Assembly (NCBI RefSeq): GCF_006345805.1
Contig: NC_043014.1
Coordinates: forward strand, 24,118,001-24,182,000
Origin: Octopus sinensis
Taxonomy: Eukaryota
Reading direction: 5' to 3'
Length of the DNA: 64,000 bases
The notes below the pieces were generated by a model. That model was not told the DNA's origin. It saw nothing but the letters and a program-made list of their open reading frames with translations, and did not search any database. The first letter of the stretch is position 1. Each line of letters opens with the position of its first letter. Made by a program: the position numbers and the translations under genes. Below are positions 39,540-52,960 of this stretch, piece by piece.

Positions 39540-40132
39540 CCTCTACATGTACATATACACGCATATATGAGTACAGGACACCAAAGGGACGTCGAACACA
39601 TAGAGAAACGAAAACATAGACACAAACCAAAGGAACAGGACATTTTTTTAAAAACAACAAAAAATGGAGTACAGGACAGTTAACACAACGAAAAAAACCC
39701 TTCTTCAGTCGCTAAGGTTTCATCTACTCTACGTTTCGAAGGATAAAAGCGAGACGTATCTTCGACAAGAAACTTTCCTTCCTGCGAAAAGCAAATCAAT
39801 TAAAATTCTCAGATCTTATCGCAGAGGGGTAAAAAATGGTAAAAAAATGGTAAAAAAACGAGACAGTAACGACAGTACAAAAATATAAACAGTAAAAAAA
39901 TAAATATATATATAAGCAGTAAAAAAAATATATATAACAGTAAAAGACAGGACAGGGAGAACAAAATAAGAAGGGCTGTTGACGCCGAACGAAAAAAGTA
40001 TTGCAAACGCTAATTTTTTGTGAACGACGAGAGAGCAGGAAAAGTCGTCCAGTAGCCTTAAAAGGCAGGCGAGAAAGACCATTAGCAGTTACGGCGGAAG
40101 TATCGTCGCAGATGGACGACGGGAATGGGGGA

Positions 40133-40135
<3 letters not shown>
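39540..40135. repeat. CpG-richer non-coding interspersed repeat between TA tracts, unclassified (possibly a PLE terminal repeat)
   Basis: Composition changes abruptly between two (TA)n arrays. The minus strand has both CTGAAGA and GAAACGTA boxes (~39700-39745), but in non-type-I order. Confidence 0.45.
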
Positions 40136-40175
<40 letters not shown>

Positions 40176-40387
40176 TATATACATATATATAGATATATAT
40201 ACATATATATTAGAAGGTTTAGAGATGATGCAACAGTATTTCATATTAGAAGAAATGAGGTACTCAAAATTCAAATGGTTTTATATTACAGATATTTATT
40301 TGTATATTACATGTTTTTATACATCATATATCATATATATATACTATATATACACACACACACATATACATATGCATATTATATATA

Positions 40388-40432
<45 letters not shown>

Positions 40433-40599
40433 ATATATATGTACTCATAGATATGGATGTATATGTATGCTCCAGTATATATAATTGTCTATATGCTTGT
40501 ATGTATAATTATCTCTATTTATATATTTATGTACACGTCTATGTGTATATATGTGCTTATGTATGTATATATATATTTATATATATATTTTAAATTGTG

Positions 40600-41125
40600 C
40601 GTGTATTTTGTTTCATATATATTTATATTTTTGATTGTACTTTATAATCTTTGATGAGGCCTAGAGATATAAGTACCTCATTTTCAACTGCCTACCACCT
40701 CAATACACTTGACTTATATAGGCACAATGAGTTACTATTATCCATAGGCTGAAACAACTGTAAGTGATTTTATTAATAAATATTCATGTTTTTTTAATAA
40801 CTACTTGAATTCTTATCTTATATGCATAGAATAATATACTATATGTATGTATGTTATTGTGGTTGTCGTTTTGATGAATAAATAAGTCAACATTTTAATA
40901 TCCTAAAGCTGATGAACCAACTAATGTGCTTCTCCATTTTCTTATTTGTAATATAAATTAATGGTAAAATATTTCTTTACCTTCACCCATTTAATACAAT
41001 AAGTTTATTGCATTGCAAATAAAAACACTTGTGTATTAATAATTGGGTATTTTACCAACAGTATATTGCATAAGTATTATCCCTTAGTGGGTTGGATCCA
41101 CAACCCCTAACTTACTTGGTGGTAT
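40600..41125 (+). mobile_element. copy of the hammerhead-bearing short element (core C3 mutated)
   Basis: TTGATGA-GGCCTA at 40651, CATAGGCT-GAAA-CAACTG-TA at 40743-40762, and a downstream segment shared with 60.97-61.34 kb ending GTTGGATCCACAACCCCTAACTTACTTGG. Confidence 0.75.
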
Positions 41126-41316
41126 ATTATATATAATATATATACACATACACCCATATGCATATATATATATATTTAGTTAATTGTAATATGTTTGTCA
41201 CATATTTTAACATGTGTGCGTGTATATTAATATATATATATATTATATATATATATAATATATATATTATATATATATATACGTATATATATATATAATT
41301 ATATATAATATATATG

Positions 41317-41350
<34 letters not shown>

Positions 41351-41403
41351 TGTATATATATGTATATATGTATGTATATATATATATATGTATATATATA
41401 ATA

Positions 41404-41503
41404 NNNNNNNNNNNNNNNNNNNNNNNNNNNNNNNNNNNNNNNNNNNNNNNNNNNNNNNNNNNNNNNNNNNNNNNNNNNNNNNNNNNNNNNNNNNNNNNNN
41501 NNN
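41404..41503. other. assembly gap (100 N) within (TA)n arrays
   Basis: Exactly 100 N, a common placeholder for a gap of unknown size. Confidence 0.99.
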
Positions 41504-41534
41504 ATATATGTACATACATACACATGTATATATC

Positions 41535-41566
<32 letters not shown>

Positions 41567-41569
41567 ATA

Positions 41570-42930
41570 TCATCATCATCGTTTAACGTCCGCTTTCCAT
41601 GCTAGCATGGGTTGGACGGTTCGACTGGGGTCTGGGTAGCCCGAAGGCTGCACCAGGCCAGTCAGATCTGGCAGTGTTGTTTCTACAGCTGGATGCCCTT
41701 CGTAACGTCAACCACTCCGAGAGTGTAGTGGGTGTGATTTATGTGCCACCGACAGGCAGGTGCAGACAAGGCTGGTGAACGGCCACGCTCGAATGGTGTT
41801 TTTATGTGCCACCGACACAGGTGCCAGACGAGGCTGGCAGACGGCCACGCTCGGATGGTGTTTTTATGTGCCACCGACACAGGTGCCAGCCGAGGCTGGC
41901 AGACGGCCACGCTCGGATGGTGTGTTTTTATGTGCCACCGACAAAGGTGCCAGACGAGGCTTGGCAGACGGCCACGCTCGGATGGTGTTTTTATGTGCCA
42001 CCGACACAGGTGCCAGACGAGGCTGGCAGACGGCCACGCTCGGACGGTGTTTGTTACGTGCCACAGCACGGAGGCCAGTCGATGCGGTACTGGCTACGGT
42101 CCCGTTCGGATGGTTTTCTTATGTGCCACCGGCACTGGTACCACAAGGATACAAATCCATTGATGTTCATCTATTTTGATTTGGTTTGACTTGATTCGAT
42201 TTGACTTTGATTTGATCTGCCTCAACAGGTCTTCTCAAGTGTCACAAGCAGGAAGGTATGCACAGGCGGACTGACTACGTCCCAGGTAGGGGCCACGGGT
42301 TATGGCTTCACTAGTCTTGCCGGGTCTTCTCACGCACAGCATACTTCCATAGGTCTCGGTCTCTGGTCATTTCCATGGTGAGACCTAATGTTCGAAGGTC
42401 ATGCTTCACCACCTCGTCCCAGGTTTTCCTGGGTCTACCTCTTCCACAGGTTCCCTCAACTGCTAGGGATTGGCACTTTCTCACACACCTATCTCTCCAT
42501 CCATTCTCGCCACATGACCATACCATCGCAATCGTCTCTCTTGCACGCAACAACTGATGCTTCTTAGGTACAACATTTCTCTTAAGGAACTAACACTCTG
42601 TCGAGCAAGTACACTGACATTACACATCCATCGGAGCATACTGGCTTCATTCCTCATGTGCTTACGCACGTCCTCAGCAGTCACGGCCCATGTTTCACTG
42701 CCATGTAGCATGGCAGTTCGAACACATGCATCATACAGTCTGCCTTTTACTCTGAGTGAGAGGCCTTTAGTCACCAGCAGAGGTAAGAGCTCCCTAAACT
42801 TTGCCCAGGCTGTTCTTATTCTAGCAGTTACACTCTCAGCTCACCCACCCCCACTACTAACTTGGTCACCTAGATAATGGAAGCTATCAACTACTTCTAA
42901 TTTTTCCCCCTGGAAAGTGACGGAAGTTGT
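41570..42930 (-). mobile_element. RTE LINE 3' fragment with expanded 3'UTR minisatellite
   Basis: ORFs 42481-42774 and 42311-42553 match the RTE C-terminus. About 5-6 copies of a ~58-bp unit at 41735-42060 and a (GAT)n tail at 41571. Confidence 0.93.
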
Positions 42931-42964
42931 TTTATATATATATATATATATATTGTACATACAC

Positions 42965-43013
<49 letters not shown>

Positions 43014-43111
43014 TACACATGTATATATATATATATGTACATACACATGTATATATATATATAATATGTACATACACATGTATATATATATATATATATA
43101 TGTACATGCAC

Positions 43112-43156
<45 letters not shown>

Positions 43157-43201
43157 TGTTATATATATATTATATGTACTTACACATGTATATATATATT
43201 A

Positions 43202-43233
<32 letters not shown>

Positions 43234-43294
43234 GTACATACACATGTATATATATATATATATATAATATATGTATATATATATGTACATACAC

Positions 43295-43326
<32 letters not shown>

Positions 43327-43331
<5 letters not shown>

Positions 43332-44620
43332 CTAAATTATCTGCTAATGTTGATATTTTCAATAATAACGCTGATTCTATAACTCTGCCTTAATCAAACT
43401 CAGAAAAATTTTATACAGAAAAAATTTTCTACATTGTTTCTGCTGGTCTAATTGTAAATTCAATAATGTAGATAAGATTTCTAGTTGTAAAAGAATTATT
43501 GATAACAAACATAACTTACGCATCGATACAAAGCGAATGAAGGCAGATAACCCTTATTTATTCCCCTATTACCGATCTAAAAGTAAATATAACACCTTCA
43601 AAAGTAATTACGCTATGAATACTAGTAAAAATATTTGGTTAATAATTCCTTACGGTAGACAAATTAAATCTAATCTCCCACTGCTGTTTCGTCAAGCTAT
43701 TGCTAGGAATTTTCCAAACAATTCTAGATATTACTCTATAATTAATTCACATAAGGTTAGGATAGGTTTTTCAAACATAAAAAATCTCTTGCAAATTATA
43801 TCTTCTCATAATACAAACTGTAAATATTAATACATTTACTAATACTAACATTAATTTAGCTAATACCATCCAACCCTCTAGAAATATTAATAACAAGGTT
43901 ATTGTATCTGAAGTCAATTCCAATAGAATTAAATTTATGTCAAGTAACTCTAAGATTAAAAATTCTATATACCAGTGTATAATCAGTACTCATAATAAAG
44001 TACGATTTTACATTGGAAGCACATCGTTAGAGTTATCTAAAAGAATTTCTATCCATTACTCAACATTTAGGGATAGAAATAAACGGAATAGTACTGGTCT
44101 CAGCAAACTGATTTGGGATTTAAAAGACCACAATGAACAATTTCATTTAGAATGGTTGATCCTCTCAATTTCGATACCATATGACAAAGGCAAGAAATTC
44201 TGTCTTCTCTGCAATTCTGAGCTATTTTTCATTATTTTTTCTAAAATACTCTAGTAAACACGGTTATAGAACGAGCATACAGATGTAAGCATTGGCGAAA
44301 CATACTTTTAGTGCATATAAGTAGTCTCTATCATTATATATAGTTTAAACTTTAATTTCCTTATATTTAACATTCACTATTAATATCCCTACTCTTTCTG
44401 TTAGCTACTGATGACGTTATATCATATAAGGTTTTTTAAACAATTAATAGCGTTCTGTCTATCGCTATACGAATCCATCATTTTTTGCTAAAATGTCGTA
44501 TTGACGAGTTTCGTTTTTTCACTTTCCCGAAGAGAAGATTGCATTGTTTATACCTTTTATTCATTTGAATAGTATCAGTGGAATTTTTGAAACATATGTA
44601 GAAAGTAAAAATACTTGTTT
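43327..44620 (+). mobile_element. Penelope-like element 3' fragment, Naiad/Chlamys-type GIY-YIG
   Basis: RT C-terminal remnant [20 protein letters not shown], a KNIWLIIPY linker, and NSIYQC...FYIGST...KRISIH...STGLSKLIWDLK...W.IL...PY...CLLC..E followed after a frameshift by VN...E...CKH..K. Flanked by (TA)n. Confidence 0.85.
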
Positions 44621-44644
44621 AAACCTGCGTTAACTCCATTTTTT

Positions 44645-44845
44645 ATTCATATATATATATTATATATATATATATTATATTATATATATATTATATATAT
44701 ATATATATGTACATACACATGTATATATGTATATATATATATATGTACGTACACATGTAATATATATATATATATGTATGTATGTATATATGTATGTATG
44801 TATATATGTATGTATGTATATATGTATGTATTATATATGTATGTG

Positions 44846-44879
<34 letters not shown>

Positions 44880-45262
44880 TGTATGTGTATGTATGTATGT
44901 ATGTATATATGTATGTATGTATATATGTATGTATATATGTATGTATGTATATATGTATGTATGTATATATGTATGTATGTATATATGTATGTATATATGT
45001 ATGTATGTATGTATATATGTATGTATGTATATATGTATGTATGTATGTATGTATGTGTATGTATGTATGTATGTATGTATATATATATGTATGTATGTAT
45101 ATATATGTATGTATGTATGTATATGTATGTATATATATGTATGTATGTATGTATATATGTATGTATGTATGTATTATATATATATATGTATGTATGTATG
45201 TATATATATATGTATGTATGTATATATATATGTATGTATGTATATATATATGTATGTATGTA

Positions 45263-45295
<33 letters not shown>

Positions 45296-45826
45296 ATATA
45301 TATGTATGTATGTATATATGTATGTATGTATATATATATATGTATGTATGTATATATGTATGTATGTATATATATATATGTATGTATGTATATATATATG
45401 TATGTATGTATATATATATGTATGTATGTATATATATATGTATGTATATATATATATGTATGTATATATATATGTATGTATGTATATATGTATGTATGTA
45501 TGTATATATATATATATGTATGTATGTATATATGTATGTATGTATGTATATATATATATATATGTAAGTATGTATATATATGTATATATATATATGTATG
45601 TATGTATATATATATATGTATGTATGTATATATATATATGTATGTATATATATATATGTATGTATGTATGTATATATATGTATGTATGTATATATATATA
45701 TGTATATATATATATGTATGTATATATATATATGTATGTATATATATATATGTATGTATATATATATGTATGTATATATATATATGTATGTATATAATAT
45801 ATGTATGTATATATATATATGTATGT

Positions 45827-45860
<34 letters not shown>

Positions 45861-45862
45861 GT

Positions 45863-45896
<34 letters not shown>

Positions 45897-45920
45897 GTAT
45901 GTATATGTATGTATGTATGT

Positions 45921-45961
<41 letters not shown>

Positions 45962-46052
45962 TATGTATGTATATATATATGTATGTATATATATATATAT
46001 GTATGTATATATATATATGTATGTATGTATATATATATATATGTATGTATGT

Positions 46053-46086
<34 letters not shown>

Positions 46087-46087
46087 G

Positions 46088-46120
<33 letters not shown>

Positions 46121-46228
46121 GTATATATGTATATGTATGTATATATATATATGTATGTATGTATATATGTATGTATGTATATATATATATATGTACATAC
46201 ACATGTATATATATATATGTACATACAC

Positions 46229-46282
<54 letters not shown>

Positions 46283-46320
46283 GTACATACACATGTATTA
46301 TATATATAATATAAATATAT
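44645..46320. repeat. ~1.7-kb compound (TA)n/(TATG)n microsatellite
   Basis: Almost entirely T, A and G in TA and TATG units. It produces the spurious 244-578-aa Y/I/C/M/V ORFs. Confidence 0.98.
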
Positions 46321-49300
46321 ATAGAGCTGCTTGAACGGAGACGTGTGGATGTATGCTGTATCCAGGAAGTAAGGTGGAGAGGAGGCTCTGCTAGGCTCCT
46401 CACAGGCAAGGAACACAGGTACAAGATTTTCTGGGCAGGGAACACTGACGGAGTCGGGGGCGTGGGTATACTTCTTGCGGAGAAATGGGTAGGTAAGGTA
46501 ATCGAGGTAGTCAGAGTAAGTGACAGAGTAATTAAAATTAGATTAGTTCTTCACCATAGGACAGCTACCATCATCTCGGCATATGCCCCTCAATCAGGGC
46601 TACCGGAAGGACAAAAAGACCAATTCTATGACACCCTATTGCGGACTACCTCATTGACAAATGACAGTGACTTTCTCTTCGTGGCAGGTGATTTCAATGG
46701 ACATGTTGGACGACATGTCGGGGGCTTCCATGGCGTCCATGGAGGCTACGGTTTTGGCTCTCGAAATGAGGAGGGAACCAGGCTGCTGGAGTTCTGCGAT
46801 GCAAATGACCTTATGGTCTGCAATACCAACTTCAGGAAACCCACCTCTCACCTAGTCACCTACCGTTCTGGCAGGCACACCAGCCAGATTGACTACATCC
46901 TTGACAGAAAAAGGGAAAGAGGGCTGATTATAAATGCCAAAACCTTCCCAGGCGAAGAATGTACTCCCCAACATAGATTAGTAGTTAGCGACTTCAGGAT
47001 CAGAGCTAAATGGTTGCCCAGAAGAAGACCAGCTTGGAGGAGAAGGGTCTGGAAGCTTAAAGATCCTGCAAATGGACAGAGATTTAGAGACATACTACTC
47101 GAAGCCTTTGACGAAATAGAAGGGGATATAGCTTCGCTTAATGTGGAAGACAACTGGAGATTCCTACGGGACAATCTGCTGACAGCCACTGACCAGATCT
47201 GTGGATGGAGCAAAGTACCATCTCGACCCAGAGTAACATGGTGGTGGAACACTGTGGTTGACAGGCTATTAGACAAAAGAGACAGGTTTGGAAGGACTGG
47301 AAGAACGGTGGTAGCAGGGAATGTATCAGACAGCCAAAAGGGAAGCTAGGAGACAGGTTTATTTAGCCAGAGGGGAAGCGGATAAGAAAAAATTTGCCAA
47401 TGTTCTGAGCCGTGAGGATGAAAGACTTGAGGTATTTCGTGTTGCAAGACAGTGTGTGAGAGAGAATCGTGATGTGGTAGGAGAGAAGTGTGTTCGCATG
47501 GATGATGGTTCACTTGCGCTAAATGAGGATGCAAAGAGAGAGGTTTGGAGATGCCACTATGAAAGGTTGCTGAATAAAGAAAATGAATGGGATAAAGAGA
47601 GTTGCTGAATGTTGACCCAACAGAGGGACCAGCTATCCGAGTTGATAGTTCCGTGGTAGCTAAGGCAATTAGAAGCATGAAGACAGGGAAAGCCCCAGGC
47701 CCATCAGGAATTACTGCAGAGATGCTCAAAATATCTGGCAGTGTCGGCTATAACCTAGTCACCCGTATAGTCAACCAGGTGATACACGAAGGAGTCATAC
47801 CCAATGACTGGTGTAGCAGCATACTAGTCAACTGCTACAAAGGTAAAGGTGATGCCCTAGATACAAATAATTACAGAGGTATCAAGCTGTTGGATCAGGT
47901 AATGAAGGTTACGGAGAGGGTCATAGCCCAACTAATTAGAGAGAGAGTTAGTTTAGATGAGATGCAGTTTGGGTTTGTCCCAGGGAAAAGCACCACTGAT
48001 GCTATATTCCTGGTAAGGCAGCTGCAGGAGAAATACCTAGCCAAAGATAAGCCCCTGTACCTGGCTTTTGTTGACATGGAGAAAGCCTTTGATAGGGCCC
48101 CGATCCCTCATCTGGTGGTCAATGAGGAAACTAGGGATCGATGAATGGCTGGTGAGGGCTGTGCAAGCCATGTACAGAGATGCCGTAAGTAAGGTTAGAG
48201 TTGGCAACATGTACACAGAAGAATTCAAAGTAGAGGTTGGGGTCCACCAGGGTTCAGTACTCAGCCCCCTCCTATTTATCATAGTCCTCCAGGCAATTGT
48301 GGAGGAATTCAAGACAGGTTGCCCCTGGGAGCTCCTCTATGCTGACGACCCTGCTCTAATTGCCGAGTCACTATCAGAACTGGAGGAGAAGTTCCAGGTG
48401 TGGAAGGAGGGTTTAGAATCGAGGGGCCTTAGAGTCAACCTAGCTAAAACCAAAGTACTAATAAGTAGAAAGGTAGACAATCCACAAATATCCTCAGGAA
48501 GATGGCCCTGCTTGATCTGTAGAAAAGGTGTAGGTAGAAACTCTATAAGATGTACCCAGTGTAAGCTATGGACACATAAGAGGTGCAGCAATGTCAAAGG
48601 TAGGCTAACTGGGAAGATAGTTTTTGTATGTGGCAGATGCTCTGGAGCATTGACCTCCGAAAATCTGCAGAAAACAACTTCCGTCATTTTCCGGGGGGAA
48701 AAACTAGAAGTAGTTGATAGCTTCCGCTATCTAGGTGACCAAGTTAGTAGTGGGGGTGGGTGCGCTGAAAGTGTAACTGCTAGAATAAGAATAGCCTGGG
48801 CAAAGTTTAGGGAGCTCTTACCTCTGCTGGTAACTAAAGGCCTCTCGCTCAGAGTAAAAGGCAGACTGTATGATGCATGTATACGAACAGCTATGCTACA
48901 TGGCAGTGAAACATGGGCCGTAACTGCTGAGGACATGCGTAAGCTCGTGAGGAACGAAGCCAGTATGCTCCGATGGATGTGTAATGTCAGTGTACTTACT
49001 CGACAGAGCGTTAGTACCTTGAGAGAAATGTTGTACCTAAGAAGCATCAGTTGTGGTGTGCAAGAGAGACGATTGCGCTGGTATGGTCATGTGGCGAGAA
49101 TGGATGAAGATAGGTGTGTGAGAAAGTGCCAATCCCTAGCAGTAGAGGGAACCCGTGGAAGAGGTAGACCCAGGAAAACCTGGGACGAGGTGGTGAAGCA
49201 CGACCTTCGGACGTTAGGTCTCACCATGGAAATGACTAGAGACCGAGACCTATGGAAGTATGCTGTGCGTGAGAAGACCCGGCAAGACTAGTGAAGCCAT

Positions 49301-49837
49301 AACCTGTGGCCCCTACCTGGGACGTAGTCAGTCCACCTGTGCATACCTTCCTTCTTGTGACACTTGTGAAGACCTGTTGAGGCAAGTGAGAATCGAATCA
49401 AATCAAATCGAACCAAATCAAAATAGATGAACATCAATGGAATTTGTATCCTTGTGGTACCAGTGCCGGTGGCACATAAGAAAGCCATCCGAACGTGACC
49501 GTAGCCAGTACCGCAACGACTGGCCTCCGTGCTGAGGGCATGTAACAAACATCATCCGAGCGTAACCGTCCGCCAGCCTTGTCTGGCACCTGTGTCGGTG
49601 GCACATAAAAAACACCATCCGAGCGTGGCCGTCTGCCAGCCTCGTCTGGCACCTGTGTCGGTGGCACATAAAATCACCCACTACACTCTCGGAGTGGTTG
49701 GCGTTAGGAAGGGCATCCAGCTGTAGAAACACTGCCAGATCTGACTGGCCTGGTGCAGCCTTCGGGCTTGTCAGACCCCAGTTGAACCGTCCAACCCATG
49801 CTAGCATGGAAAGCAGACGTTAAACGATGATGATGAT
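46321..49837 (+). mobile_element. near full-length RTE LINE (APE, RT with PHD-like finger, 3'UTR), three frameshifts
   Basis: APE motifs [22 protein letters not shown] and IDYIL; RT motifs QFGF, KAFD, GVHQGS.LSP, YADD and FRYLG. Frameshifts near 47270-47330, 47605 and 48097. Complete 3'UTR ending AAACGATGATGATGAT. 5'-truncated at the start of APE. Confidence 0.97.
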
Positions 49838-49929
49838 ATACATGTTTATATATAAGTGACTACACCTTGCTTTTAACTAAAATGATAATTAAGTTGGATC
49901 AATCACGCCCAACTTCCTTGCTATATCCT

Positions 49930-52850
49930 TCCATCTTTTCTCGAATATACTTCGCCACAGGTGTCTCCTCTCCAGGCCTCTCTTGCTCTTCAGATGATAT
50001 CTAAAGTAATACAGCAACCCAGGGCCAGAGATAAAAGTTCCCATTGCAACTCCATTCTAGTTCTCCATACACACTCTTTCAACACTACGACTATACATAA
50101 ATAGCATGCCTCCCCTTCCTTTGATAATCCGGTTGGTAGTACAATTTTTATTTTTGACTCAGCTGATAGCTGTACTCTTCCTAGATGCAACAACACGTGT
50201 TCTACGTAAATTATCAAGCCCGAAAGCTCTGGGCACTGTACAAGAGCGTGTAGGACAGTTTCATCGTCCTGCCCACATCTTGAGCATGCTGGTGATACTG
50301 ATATTTCATGCCTGGACAATTTTTTGTGAACAGGTAACACATTCTGCCAGGTCAGGGATATTTGTTAGTTATTCAAGTACCCCGGCCTGAAAGTTCTCTG
50401 GAACAGGTTGGCTAGCCAGTTCTCATCGAGCCCCAGAGCTCCTCCTAGGACATCATCACTCTTAAACTCTACAAGCCCTTTATAAAATACCAAGGTGGTA
50501 TTCCCACTGCCGGCTGGATTAGCATGAGTGCTTGTTGGCACTCCTTTTGCCATTCTGTCGTATTACGTCTTTTAATAAATTTGGGTTTAAATTACTCCAA
50601 GGAGTCTGGTTGTGGAAAGAATTCCTCTGCTAGCGAATTTCACACCTAGCCACCATCCAGATAGAGCCAGAGATGCCTTAGCTTCAGTTCCTGCCTGCAC
50701 ATTATTTGCCATGGCATCCCTAACCCACCCTTTAATGGTTCTTGGCAGCATATGGAGCACCTCACAAGTGGCTTTCCTCCCTTCCACAACAAGTGGAAGA
50801 GAAGGCGTGCCAACTTGCGTAGCCATGAATCAGGGCAAGGGACAACAGTCAGATGGTAGGTGATAACAGATGCAATAAACCACCTCTGCCCTCCCTTTCA
50901 GGGATAACACCTTTCCAGACCAGGTCCAGACTAGGGCCTCCACCCTGCCTGCCCCCTTGCTCCAATTCTTCTCCGTCTGGGAATCTGGTCCAAACCAGAC
51001 TCCAAGCAACTTAACAGGACCATCCATCCAGTGCCCCACGACACTGGACGTTATCGTCTTGCCACTCCAGGTGCCGAGCCGCAACCCAATGGATTTGTCC
51101 TTGTTAATTTTTGCTCCTGCCACCGCCTCATATCCTTTGATTGCCTCTTCTACACAAGGTATCTGGCTTCATCGGTGATGGTGACGTCATCTGCATATGC
51201 AGAAACAGTCTTACCACATCCGATTTCATCGGGAGTGCCCCCCAAATTCTCCAACTTCTGCAGCAATGGCTCAAGAGCCAATACATTCAGAAGCGGAGAC
51301 AGGGGGCACCCTTAACGAACTGAGTGCTTGATCTCAAACAGCACCGAAAGGCAACCGTTTATCTGGACTGTGGATTTGATGCTGCCATGATCCAACAGTG
51401 GAAGTCTGGGCCTAATCCAGCTGCCTTGAGGACTGCTGCCAGGTACTGGTGGTCTACCTGATCAAAAGCTTTACTTTGATATAAATGGACCAGTGCCCCA
51501 CCTTTGCCTGACAATTTACCAACCCTGTGTAAGGTGTAGCATAAGAGATGAAGATTGTCCTGGATTGACTTGCCTAGGATGGTGCAGTCTGCGCTTTCCC
51601 TACAAATTTCTTCGCAATACGCGTCAACTATTTTGCTAGCACCTTGGGCAAAATCTTTAATTCTATATTAAGTAGAGTTATGGGCCTAAAATTTCTAATA
51701 TGATTCCCCTTGCTTGGGTCTTTTCTGATCATCGTCACCACTCCCCGACTCACAGAGCTGGGAATCCTCCCATTCTGCTGCCAGTTTGTGTAGACAAAGG
51801 CTAGCAAGTGTCTGAACAAGTCACGCATACTATGATAAAATTCATAGGGCAGACCATCTAGCCCCGGCGACTTGTCCCTGATGCACTCAACCAGCACCTC
51901 TTTGCTGTAATTGGCCCTTTACAGGATTCCGCCTCCCATACCAAGCGTCGTGGGATTCCCATGGTCCAATGTATTGCTCTCCCCGAACAACCGGGCAAAA
52001 CGCTGGTGAAAATGCCGGTGAAAAGCCTTTTGCATCTCCTCCTGTCCTTCAATCATACACTCATGTTCATTTGTTAAAGACTTTATAGAGGCTTCTCTGT
52101 CTCTGCGACTCTCCAGACAATGTGTCCATCTGGCAGTGTTAATACCCTCTCTCCCCACTGCACATAACTTAGTTTGGACTCTACACCCTTCATGTTTGGC
52201 TTTGAGATGATGGAACAAAACCGTGGATGCAGAGCCAGATTCCATGGCCTCATCTAATTCCTTAATTAGATTTCCTTCTATTCTAGTCTTCTCTCAACTT
52301 AGCTGATTACTAAATCTAATAGACTCAAAAGGAATGTCTCTCTTGAGGGCACACCACCACCTATTATTAATGATGGCACCGCATAATGTCCTCTGCACTA
52401 TCTCCTTAACCCAAGCATGGAAGGTTTTACAAGTCAAAATAGACTTGATCATCTTCCTGTACCCTGGTTCCTGTCTATGACACTTACCTAAGTACACCTC
52501 ACACATCACAAACTTGTGATCTGTGTAAGGGACACTACAAAAACGTGGACAACTAAATGTATTCCTGTCTCTATCTCTAACAAATATCCTATCTAAATAA
52601 GATCTGTGTGAACCGTCGTTATTAGTCCACATCCACTGTGGAACAAGTGGTTCATCCAGTCTATATCAGTTTACTAGGTTATAACTTCCTAGTAGCCTTT
52701 TCAGGCCAGGGTTTCCCCTTCTATCAGTCGAGCCGTAAGCACTTATAAGCAGACCGAGTACAAATATGAGCAGCTTATTGGAACCGGTATTAAGCAAGGA
52801 TAGAAAAATATTAGATTTATAAGCCTTAAAATTCACTCCATAATTGCTCA
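49930..52850 (-). mobile_element. Tx1/L1-like LINE ORF2 remnant (APE end, RT, CCHC knuckle)
   Basis: WTNNDGSHRSYLDRIFV (APE), KSPGLDGLPYEFY, FRPITLLN.ELKIL, AYADDVT (~51190), INKDKS and CSRCGQDDETVLHALVQC. Multiple frameshifts. Confidence 0.93.
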
Positions 52851-52852
52851 TA

Positions 52853-52929
52853 TGGCGTAGTGGTTAAGAGCACGGGTTACTAACCCCAAGATTCTGAGTT
52901 TGATTCCAATGAGTGACCTGAACACTTAC

Positions 52930-52960
<31 letters not shown>

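Noticed and set aside
41735-42060. Possible CRISPR-like array
   Set aside because: The units are contiguous tandem repeats without unique spacers, inside a eukaryotic LINE UTR.
41683-42189. Repetitive ORFs in several frames (e.g. MCHRHRCQTRLADGHAR)
   Set aside because: Artefact of the ~58-bp minisatellite in the RTE 3'UTR; no protein signature.
43327-44330. Possible selenocysteine recoding in the Naiad-like element
   Set aside because: The interruptions are frameshifts and TAA/TAG stops, not isolated in-frame TGA, and no SECIS-like structure could be supported.
44408-44601. Complete hammerhead formed by CTGATGA (44408) and GAAACATATGTA (~44590)
   Set aside because: Neither stem I nor stem II pairs convincingly; only the 3' box is noted.
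44615-46445. Long ORFs of 177-578 aa on both strands
   Set aside because: Translations of the TA/TATG microsatellite (Y/I/C/M/V/H/T only), which lacks stop codons by composition. The same applies to ORFs at 39.2-39.7, 40.1-40.7, 41.1-41.6 and 42.8-43.4 kb.
52853-52915. tRNA gene
   Set aside because: Only A/B boxes and an anticodon-like arm are present, with no acceptor stem or terminator. It continues into repeat body sequence, so it is called a SINE head.
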